From an uncultured Dehalococcoidia bacterium (GTDB taxonomy: Bacteria > Chloroflexota > Dehalococcoidia > Lucifugimonadales > UBA3495), in the NCBI GenBank assembly GCA_958295765.1, contig CATQHB010000002.1:2032091-2096090 (forward strand): 64,000 nucleotides of DNA, written 5' to 3'. This document shows positions 56,902 to 64,000 of the stretch, in pieces; the first letter of the stretch is position 1; each line of letters begins with the position of its first letter. The notes under the pieces are model-generated. The model was not told the origin of the DNA, did no database searches, and worked only from the letters and a program-made list of their open reading frames with translations. Made by a program: the position numbers and the translations under genes.

Positions 56902-58791
56902 CTAGGCCCCACCGGGGACACCGGTAATCTGGCCGGCGTTGCCGCTGTCATCCTTGTGCGCCGGGTCGATCCACAGGTGCATAAACTTGAGGAAGGAGCC
57001 GTTGGGCGCCGGGAAGTGGGCATAGCCCCTGACCTCGGGCCAGAAGGATACCGCTTCCTGCTCCCAGTAAACCGGGAAGGAGCTGTACTGCTTCATCGCG
57101 GCCAGCTCAATCTGGTGGGCCAGCTCCAGCCGCTTGGCCTGGTCCAGCTCGGTCTGCGCCTGGTCCAGCAAGTCCACGATGGACTGGTCGCAGGGGCCGT
57201 TGGGCGTCCAGTGGTTGCCGGCGGAGTCGCAGCGCAGGAAGGCCGCTACCCCGGCGTTGGGGTCGTCGGCGGTAACGGTGCTGTTACCGGGTTTGAAGGC
57301 GCCCCAAGTGCCGCTTTGTTCCTGTTCGCGGTAAGCGATGGTCTCCACCAGGTCAAAGTCGGTTTGGATGCCGACCAGTCGCAACTGCTCTTGCAGGAAG
57401 GTAGCGCGAGCCTGCACCTGGGCGTCGGACTCTACGGTGAAGGAATAGGTCTGATCATAGTCGAAACCTTCAGCATCCAGGATTGCCTTGGCTTCGGCCC
57501 GGGTAGCATCCATATCCTCGGACACGCACCAGCCGGGGACGGAGCAAAGCTCGGCCTGGGACAGTTCCCAAGGGCTGCCGGGAGCATAGCCGAACCCGCC
57601 GGCGGCGCCGTGACCGTCCTGAAGCACCAGGATAGCCGCGTTACGGTCAATACTCATTATAACGGCCTGGCGCACCTTCGCGTTGTCAAAGGGCGCGTTC
57701 CGGGGGTTAATCCACAGCCGGAAATTGCCCCGGGTGGCCCGGATGACCGTCATAATCTGTTCGTGGTCCACGTAGGACTGGTACTGGCCCCAGTTACGAA
57801 CCCAATGCCAGTCGGTCTGGTGGGCCAACTGGGTGGCCTGCTGGGTGGACTCGTCCAGGATACCGTTGATTACCAACTCGTCCACGTAGGGCAGTTCCGG
57901 GATGTAGTAGTTGGGGTTCCGGTCGAAATACTGGGTGTCAATGCCTACCGACTGGCCGTCGCGCCACATAAAGGGGCCCAGGCCAACCGAGACATCCTGG
58001 AACATGACATCTTCGCCACCGGCCACGAACCAGGCCTTGTTGAAGATTTGCGCCCGGCGGTTGGACAGGGGGAGCAGGGGGATACCGGTCGGGCCGCTGA
58101 AGTTCATCGTCAGGGTCATATCGTCGGGGCAGCTAAGAGCGGTCACGTTGGCGAGACGGCTCTTCATATAGCTGGCGGTGATGCCTTCCCCGGTACGCAT
58201 GGTCTCAAAGGAGAACCGGGCGTCCTCACAGGTAAAGACGTCGCCGTTATGCCAGGTAGTTCCTTCCCGGAAATGGAAGTCCACGCCGTCCAGGTTGTCG
58301 TGAATATCCCAACTCTGGGCCAGTTCGGGAAGCAGGGGCGCGCCGGCGTCGTAGGGGTTCTCCATAACCAGCGTCGCGCCGGTGGGCATCCGATAGCGGT
58401 CGGTTACGCCGGAACCGGCGCCCCACGCGTTAGCGTGTTCCAGGGGGTCTTCGTAGTTAATGCGGAGCGTGCCGCCCTTGACCGGCTGGCCGTAGAAGTC
58501 CGTCGGGGGCTTCCAGTAATCGGCAAAAGCCATGGCGCCGGACTCGCTCTCCGCCATCATCTCACCGGCCGGCTCGGCCATCGCCTCGGGCACCGCAGTA
58601 GGTTCGGCCATCACCTCGGGCATGGCGGTAGGTTCAGCCATTGCCTCCGGGGCGGCGGGGGCCGCAGTCGGCGCCGGGGCGGCGGTGGGGGCCGGGGCAG
58701 CGCCGCCGCAGGCTACGACCGCCACGGCCAGCATCGCTACGATTGGCGCCAGTATCAGCGCCTTGGGTTTCCTTAACCAATGGTAGGACAT
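56902..58791 (-). CDS. Family-5 ABC substrate-binding lipoprotein, copy 1
   Basis: Start set at MSYHWLRKPKALILAPIVAMLAVAVVACGG (lipobox), 7 nt after GGAGGA. A Met/Glu/Pro-rich repeat linker follows, then a ~540-aa SBP body. 629 aa. Confidence 0.88.
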   Translation of the reverse strand: MSYHWLRKPKALILAPIVAMLAVAVVACGGAAPAPTAAPAPTAAPAAPEAMAEPTAMPEVMAEPTAVPEAMAEPAGEMMAESESGAMAFADYWKPPTDFYGQPVKGGTLRINYEDPLEHANAWGAGSGVTDRYRMPTGATLVMENPYDAGAPLLPELAQSWDIHDNLDGVDFHFREGTTWHNGDVFTCEDARFSFETMRTGEGITASYMKSRLANVTALSCPDDMTLTMNFSGPTGIPLLPLSNRRAQIFNKAWFVAGGEDVMFQDVSVGLGPFMWRDGQSVGIDTQYFDRNPNYYIPELPYVDELVINGILDESTQQATQLAHQTDWHWVRNWGQYQSYVDHEQIMTVIRATRGNFRLWINPRNAPFDNAKVRQAVIMSIDRNAAILVLQDGHGAAGGFGYAPGSPWELSQAELCSVPGWCVSEDMDATRAEAKAILDAEGFDYDQTYSFTVESDAQVQARATFLQEQLRLVGIQTDFDLVETIAYREQEQSGTWGAFKPGNSTVTADDPNAGVAAFLRCDSAGNHWTPNGPCDQSIVDLLDQAQTELDQAKRLELAHQIELAAMKQYSSFPVYWEQEAVSFWPEVRGYAHFPAPNGSFLKFMHLWIDPAHKDDSGNAGQITGVPGGA

Positions 58792-58959
58792 TCTCAAATC
58801 CTCCAAGTCTTCAGTTGGTTGTAGTTCCCTTAAAATTGCGACAATTGCCATCCGGGTAACCCCAATGACAACCAGAAAAAATGTACGCTAGGCAACTCAC
58901 CTCCTACTACTAACCTTCGGCTAAAGATATATAATAATTCGGTTAAACGCCCGACAAAG

Positions 58960-58975
58960 ATTGCCGTAAGGCAAT
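58960..58975. promoter_or_regulatory. Perfect palindrome ATTGCC-N4-GGCAAT over the predicted transcription start of SBP-1 (candidate operator)
   Basis: ATTGCCGTAAGGCAAT overlaps the -10 box by 3 nt. An 11-nt copy, ATTGCCTTACG, recurs at 56601-56611 in the permease leader. Confidence 0.4.
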
Positions 58976-59001
58976 ATATACTTGCCCGCCCCCGGTGTCA
59001 A
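58973..59001 (-). promoter_or_regulatory. Sigma70-type promoter of SBP-1
   Basis: On the minus strand: TTGACA, 17 nt, TATATT. About 175-nt leader. Confidence 0.55.
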
Positions 59002-59248
59002 TAGCGGGGCCGCCGACTGCCGGGGATTTTTTTGACTGTCCATTAAACCCGATTTTCCACTCATCCTAGAAAATAATCCGCTCAGCTCATCCTGCTAACC
59101 AGTCCGCTCATCCTGAGCCAGTCGAAGGAGGATAGAGCGGGATGGTTCGACAAGCTCACCATGAGCGGTTATAGCAATTATTCACCATGAGCGGGTATAG
59201 CGGTTATCTTCACCTCACGGGCGGTCATGGGCGGTTATCTAATATAAG

Positions 59249-59285
59249 ATATGGGCCACCCTCCTTGCGGATGGGTGGCCCATAT
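59249..59285 (-). terminator. 3' stem-loop after SBP-2
   Basis: Perfect 13-bp stem ATATGGGCCACCC / GGGTGGCCCATAT with an 11-nt loop, ~56 nt after the stop. It shares the GGCCAC(C/T)CA core with the SBP-1 hairpin. Confidence 0.5.
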
Positions 59286-59340
59286 CCGGTTGCCGGTTGC
59301 TATCGTTCAGAGTTCAGCCGTTCCGCCGAACCTGAACTGC

Positions 59341-61230
59341 CTAGACCCCGCCGGGGACACCGGAAGTCTGACCGGCGTTGCCGGTGTCGTCCTTGTGGCC
59401 TGGGTCAATCCACAGGTGCATAAACTTGCGGTAAGAGCCGAAAGGCGCCGGGAAATGGGCATAACCCCTGACCTCGGGCCAGAAGGATACCGCTTCCTGC
59501 TCCCAGTAAACCGGGAAGGAACTGTACTGCTTCATCGCGGCCAGCTCAATCTGGTGGGCCAGGTCGCGCCGCTTATCAGCGTCCAACTCGACCTGGGCCT
59601 GGTCCAGCAGGGCCACGATGTCCAGGTCGCAAGGCCCGTTGGGAGTCCAGTCGTTACTGGTGGAGTCGCAGCGCAGGAAACTCGACACGCCGGCGTTGGG
59701 GTCATCGGCGGGGACGGTACTGTTGCCGGGTTTGAGGTCGCCCCAAGTGCCGCTGGCCTCCTGCTCCCGGTAGGCAATGGTCTCCACCGAGTCGAAGTCG
59801 GTCTTGACGCCGAGCAGCCGCAGTTGCTCTTGCAGGAAGGTAGCGCGGGCCTGCACCTGGGCGTCGGATTCTACGGTGAACAGGTAGGTCCGGTCAAAGT
59901 TGAAGCCTTCCGCTTCCAGAATCGCCTTGGCCTCGGCCCGGGTTGCCTCCATATCCTCGGACACGCACCAGCCGGGCACCGAGCAAAGTTGATCCTGGGG
60001 CAGTTCCCAGGGGCTGCCGGGGGCATAGCCGAACCCGCCGGCGGCGCCGTGACCGTCCTGGAGTACGGCGATGGCCGCGTTGCGGTCAATGCCCATAACG
60101 ATGGCCTGGCGCACCTTTACGTTGTCAAAGGGCGCGTTCCGGGCGTTAATCCACAGGCGGAAGTTGCCCCGGGTGGCCCGGATAACCGTCATAATCTGGT
60201 CGTGATCCACGTAGGCTTGATACTGGCCCCAGTTACGAACCCAGTGCCAGTCGGTCTGGTGCGCCAACTGGGTGGCCTGCTGCGTGGACTCGTCCAGGAT
60301 GCCGAAGATAACCAGTTCGTCCACGTAAGGCAGTTCCGGGATGAAGTAGTTGGGGTTCTTCTCAAAGTGCTGCTCGTCAACGCCCACCGACTGGCCCTCA
60401 GACCACATAAAGGGGCCAATGCCCACGCTGGCATCGGTGAACATCGCCTCCTCGCCACCGGCCTGGAACCAGGCCTTGTTAAAGACGATGCCCCGGCGAT
60501 TCGATATGTTGAGCAAGGGGATTCCGGTGGGGCCGGTGAAGTTCATCTCCAGGGTCATATCGTCCAGGCAGGACATTTCCTCCAGTATGACGTGAGCCAG
60601 ACGGCTCTTCATATAGCTGGCGGTAATGCCGTTCTCCGTAATCATTGTCTCAAAGGAGAAACGGGCGTCCTCGCAGGTAAAGACGTCGCCGTTGTGCCAG
60701 GTGGCGCCCTCCCGGAAGTGGAAGGTTACGCCGTCCAGCCCATCGTGAATATCCCAACTCTTGGCGAGGTCGGGAACCACCGGCGCGCCGGCGTCGTAGG
60801 GGTTTTCCATCACCAGTGTGGCGCCGGTGGGGCCACGGTAGCGGGAAGAGGCGCCGGTAGCCGCCCCCCAATCGTTGGCGTGTTCCAGGGGGTCTTCGTA
60901 ATTTATGCGGAGAGTGCCGCCGTAAACCACCGGGCCGTAGAAGTCCGTCGGGGGCTTCCAGTAATCGGCAAAGGCCATGGCGCCGACCTCAGGCTTAGCC
61001 ATCATTTCCCCGGACGGCTCGGCCATCGCCTCGGGCATGGCCGTAGGTTCAGGCATTGCCTCCATCATAGCGGTAGGTTCGGGCATGGCTGTCGGCGCCG
61101 CCGTGGGCGCCGGCGTCGCGGTAGCGGCTGCGCCACAGGCCACCGCCGCCAGAACCAACACTATCAGCATTGGCGCATAGAGTAGTCCCTTGGGTTCCTT
61201 CAACCTTTGTTTCACCCATTGGCCGGACAT
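59341..61230 (-). CDS. Family-5 ABC substrate-binding lipoprotein, copy 2
   Basis: Start set at MSGQWVKQRLKEPKGLLYAPMLIVLVLAAVACG, 7 nt after GGAGGA. 629 aa. About 80 % identical by eye to copy 1. Confidence 0.88.
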   Translation of the reverse strand: MSGQWVKQRLKEPKGLLYAPMLIVLVLAAVACGAAATATPAPTAAPTAMPEPTAMMEAMPEPTAMPEAMAEPSGEMMAKPEVGAMAFADYWKPPTDFYGPVVYGGTLRINYEDPLEHANDWGAATGASSRYRGPTGATLVMENPYDAGAPVVPDLAKSWDIHDGLDGVTFHFREGATWHNGDVFTCEDARFSFETMITENGITASYMKSRLAHVILEEMSCLDDMTLEMNFTGPTGIPLLNISNRRGIVFNKAWFQAGGEEAMFTDASVGIGPFMWSEGQSVGVDEQHFEKNPNYFIPELPYVDELVIFGILDESTQQATQLAHQTDWHWVRNWGQYQAYVDHDQIMTVIRATRGNFRLWINARNAPFDNVKVRQAIVMGIDRNAAIAVLQDGHGAAGGFGYAPGSPWELPQDQLCSVPGWCVSEDMEATRAEAKAILEAEGFNFDRTYLFTVESDAQVQARATFLQEQLRLLGVKTDFDSVETIAYREQEASGTWGDLKPGNSTVPADDPNAGVSSFLRCDSTSNDWTPNGPCDLDIVALLDQAQVELDADKRRDLAHQIELAAMKQYSSFPVYWEQEAVSFWPEVRGYAHFPAPFGSYRKFMHLWIDPGHKDDTGNAGQTSGVPGGV

Positions 61231-61391
61231 AAAGCCATCCTCCAAGTGTTGACTTTTTGACAAAGGAACAATGGTCTCCGCGGGGACTCAAGGCACGAAA
61301 ATATATCCGCTAGGCAATCCACCTCTCATTCAAGATTCGGTTCCGCATTATATAAGAGTATTTCTTGCGTATTTTAGACAATTTTCATCAT

Positions 61392-61420
61392 AATATATAT
61401 CTCTATGCCATATATGTCAA
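61392..61420 (-). promoter_or_regulatory. Sigma70-type promoter of SBP-2
   Basis: On the minus strand: TTGACA, 17 nt, TATATT, embedded in a very AT-rich ~150-bp patch. Confidence 0.55.
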
Positions 61421-61581
61421 CAATATATCGCTATATAGTGCAGTATTATTGATCTAATTCGTTATTCCGAACATCCTGAGCCGGTCTAAGGGTGAAGGGA
61501 TGGTTCGACAAGCTCACCATGAGCGGTTATAGCAATTATTCACTATGAGCGGTTATGCGGTTACACCTGGCAACCACCGCC

Positions 61582-61680
61582 CCCGTCGTTCCGGCGAAAG
61601 CCGGAATCCAGGAAATCCTCGGGGAAAGAACGAGCCGGCTACCGCAGGTTCTGGATTCCGGCTTTCGCCGGAACGACGGG
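61582..61680. repeat. Family C repeat, inverted pair
   Basis: CCCGTCGTTCCGGCGAAAGCCGGAATCCAGGAAATCC ... CTGGATTCCGGCTTTCGCCGGAACGACGGG. Confidence 0.9.
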
Positions 61681-61835
61681 GGCGTTAATGACGGGTTGCC
61701 GGAACGACGGGTTTATGGTGCGATTGCCCGGCTATCATCCCCGGAAATAATTGACCTGGCCTACTATTAGTAATATGCTTATAGCAATGTGCCTTTTCAG
61801 TCATTTTTAGTCAATCGAGCTGGGCAAGGAGTCTG

Positions 61836-62426
61836 ATGAGTTTTAGCGGAAACCGGGTAATTAACGGGCTGCTGGCATTGGCGGTAGTGGCCGGGGGCGT
61901 GGCCGCCATTTATCCTATCGCCAAGCTGAGCCTGCTTTTCCTTTATATTGAGCCGAACCCTCGGCATATGCCCACCGACCTGACCGGTGAGGCGGTAGGC
62001 TGGACTATTATCGGGACGCTGACCGGGCTGATAATCACCGTCATTCTCGAAACGGTCATCTGGCAAAGCCGGGAAAGTTTCTGGGCCAGGTACAAGGGCC
62101 TGATCCTGAGCAGCATCGTTTCCCCCATTGCCGGCGGCGCCCTGGGCGTAGCCTTCGCCGTTACCCTGGCCCGCAGCTTTACCGTCGACGCCCAGGCCAT
62201 TACCTCCACCGAGTTGGGCGTGCTGGCCGGCGGCACGGCCGGCATCCTGGGCGCCGTAGTCGGAATCACGGCCGGCGCAATCCTGCGCCGCTACGTGCTG
62301 AGCCTCTACCGGTTGCCGGATACCGGACAGCAGCAGTTTTCCCTGGACTCCAACTCTAACCATAATCATAACGACGCCAACGGCGCCGGCCGGCCGGCGA
62401 CCAGCAGGAGACGCCATGCGGGATAA
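61836..62426 (+). CDS. Hypothetical membrane protein
   Basis: 196 aa with about four hydrophobic Gly/Ala-rich segments. AAGGAG upstream. Its stop overlaps the aldolase start. The antisense 280-aa ORF looks like a shadow. Confidence 0.5.
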   Translation: MSFSGNRVINGLLALAVVAGGVAAIYPIAKLSLLFLYIEPNPRHMPTDLTGEAVGWTIIGTLTGLIITVILETVIWQSRESFWARYKGLILSSIVSPIAGGALGVAFAVTLARSFTVDAQAITSTELGVLAGGTAGILGAVVGITAGAILRRYVLSLYRLPDTGQQQFSLDSNSNHNHNDANGAGRPATSRRRHAG

Positions 62427-63198
62427 TACCCTCAAGCAAAAACTGGAAGCCGGGAAGGCGGTTTTCGGCGTGATGATTACCTTCCCTTCGGCCCCGGTGG
62501 TGGAAATGCTGGGCGCCCTGGGCTTTGACTGGGTACTGATTGACAACGAACACGGCTCCATTACCGTCGATAACTCGGAAGACCTGGTGCGCGCCGCGGA
62601 ACTCAGCGGCATCGCCCCCATCGTCCGGCCGGTGGGCAATCAGCCGGAAATCATCGCCCCTTTCCTGGACCGGGGGGCCTGGGGCGTCCAGGTGCCTCAC
62701 GTCAACACCGCCGCCGAGGCCCGGGCCGCCGTGGACGCGGTCAAGTATTACCCGGAAGGGCATCGGGGGATTTTCAGCCGCAGCCGCCCGGCCGGCTACG
62801 GCTTTTCCGGCGCCACCGCCGATTATGTTAAGGATGCCAACCGCAACACCCTGGTTTGCCTGATGCTGGAGGAGGTGGAGGCCATCAATAACCTGGAGGA
62901 ACTGGTTACGGTGCCGGGCGTGGACGTTTTCTTTATCGGCTCCGGCGACCTGTCCCAATCCATGGGCTACCCCGGCCAGCAGACCCACCCGGAGGTTCAG
63001 GAACAGATGGAGCGGGGCGTGAAAATCATCACCGACGCCGGGCGCATCGCCGGCGTAAGCTGCCCGGACAACCTGGTGCCCAAGTACCTGGACCGGGGCG
63101 TGCAGTATTTCCACGGCAACGTCGGCAACCTGCTCCAGACCGCCAGCGTGGACTACCTCCAGGCGATGCGTTCCGCGGCGGCCTCGGCCGGCCTCTAG
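62416..63198 (+). CDS. HpcH/HpaI-family 2-keto-3-deoxy-acid aldolase
   Basis: LKQKLEAGKAVFGVMI, DWVLIDNEHG, VRPV and GVQVPHVNTAEEA-like motifs typical of HpaI/GarL aldolases. Confidence 0.82.
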   Translation: MRDNTLKQKLEAGKAVFGVMITFPSAPVVEMLGALGFDWVLIDNEHGSITVDNSEDLVRAAELSGIAPIVRPVGNQPEIIAPFLDRGAWGVQVPHVNTAAEARAAVDAVKYYPEGHRGIFSRSRPAGYGFSGATADYVKDANRNTLVCLMLEEVEAINNLEELVTVPGVDVFFIGSGDLSQSMGYPGQQTHPEVQEQMERGVKIITDAGRIAGVSCPDNLVPKYLDRGVQYFHGNVGNLLQTASVDYLQAMRSAAASAGL

Positions 63199-63254
63199 GT
63201 TCCGTATCTACATCATCCACATCGACAAATAAGATAGCAAAGAGAGGGAATAAA

Positions 63255-63602
63255 ATGGGAGTTTACCGGTTGTTCACCGGCGACGACGGCGAGAGCCACA
63301 TTGAGGAACTGGCGGCGGACGCCTTGAAGGAGATTAAGCTGGAGGGGGCGCAGATGAACTTCAGCGTGTCCGAGCGGGAACCGGGGCATTTCTCCGACTA
63401 CCACCCGGCGCCCCGCCGCCGCTGGCAGGTCGGGCTGGTGGGCCGGACGATTATCGGCCTGAGCGACGGCACGTCTCACGAATTCGTCCCCGGCGACGTC
63501 CGGCTCATTGAGGACACCACCGGCCGGGGCCATACCACCACCTACCCCGACGGCTTTATGATTACCTTGCAGGTAACTCCAGCGGAGGATATTCGCGGGT
63601 AG
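63255..63602 (+). CDS. Small cupin-fold protein
   Basis: 115 aa. The pattern HPAPRRRW..G......DG....F.PGD....ED..G.GH is typical of single-domain cupins. Confidence 0.55.
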   Translation: MGVYRLFTGDDGESHIEELAADALKEIKLEGAQMNFSVSEREPGHFSDYHPAPRRRWQVGLVGRTIIGLSDGTSHEFVPGDVRLIEDTTGRGHTTTYPDGFMITLQVTPAEDIRG

Positions 63603-63680
63603 GCTGCCTCCTTTACTATCGGGCATTTCCGGGGCCGGGCCGGCTTGACGCCGGCGCCGGCCCTTATTTATTTGTGCGGC

Positions 63681-63976
63681 GTGGTTCGACAGGCTCACCA
63701 TGAGCGGATTTGTTATCAGTTCGCCATACGCGGATTTAACCAGCTTGACTCACCCCGCTCATCCTGAGCTTGTCGAAGGACGGCCGGATAAGGGTGGTTC
63801 GACAGGCTCACCATGAGCGGATATTGTTCCTTGCCCGGCCCGGCTCCGGTGATTTGTAGGGGCGGGTTTGTAACCCGCCCTGGCTGAGGCACGGGAACCG
63901 GTCAGCCAGGGGGCACTTCCGTTTGCCGGACGGTCATTGCCGTTGAACGCAGGGCGGGTTATAAACCCGCCCCTAC
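63681..63976. repeat. Family A arms followed by a family B inverted pair
   Basis: GTGGTTCGACAGGCTCACCATGAGCGG (63681), CCGCTCATCCTGAGCTTGTCGAAGGACGG / GGTGGTTCGACAGGCTCACCATGAGCGG (63756-63820), and GTAGGGGCGGGTTTGTAACCCGCCC (63856) with its inverted mate ending at 63976. Confidence 0.85.
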
Positions 63977-64000
63977 CCCGGTGGTAATACCCCAAGGCAA

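Noticed and set aside
58792-58851. Longer SBP-1 start (MAIVAILRELQPTEDLEDLR...) given by the ORF track, and the equivalent MSKSQHLEDGF start for SBP-2
   Set aside because: The extensions are acidic, precede a perfect lipoprotein signal peptide and lack an SD. The internal ATGs are each 7 nt downstream of GGAGGA.

Overview
High-GC bacterial chromosomal window. Gene content and repeat style resemble Chloroflexota, but that is inference only. I support about 57 protein genes and one tRNA-Arg(TCT). I see no rRNA, CRISPR, transposase or integrase. The first ~42 kb is mostly housekeeping: comM, thiE, polA, folB, lysC, thrB, glmS, holA, ftsK, rnj, a family-4 UDG, and yceD-rpmF-fabD-nusB-acpP. Mixed in are a methylmalonyl-CoA mutase / acyl-CoA dehydrogenase / epimerase set and scattered parts of family-5 (peptide/opine-type) ABC importers. 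From 43.5 to 61.4 kb every gene is on the minus strand and forms an accessory catabolic supercluster. It holds two ~80 % identical (by eye) lipoprotein binding proteins, each with its own promoter, leader and 3' hairpin. It also holds two permeases, five tandem amidohydrolase-2 (ACMSD/LigW-type) paralogs, a VOC protein and a FAH protein. Two foreign-looking inserts interrupt the paralog array. One is a beta-class DNA methyltransferase fused to an HNH nuclease, flanked by two small Cys-rich ORFs (47.6-49.6 kb); this is my best candidate for an undescribed module. The other is a Uma2-family endonuclease. A lower-GC islet with two PaREP1/HEPN-like paralogs sits beside the tRNA. Almost every intergenic spacer is filled by at least six families of short palindromic repeats, including two tandem arrays that mimic CRISPRs but are not. 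Several near-consensus sigma70-type promoters stand out in AT-rich patches. All calls come from reading the sequence and ORF track by eye; no searches or computations were run.
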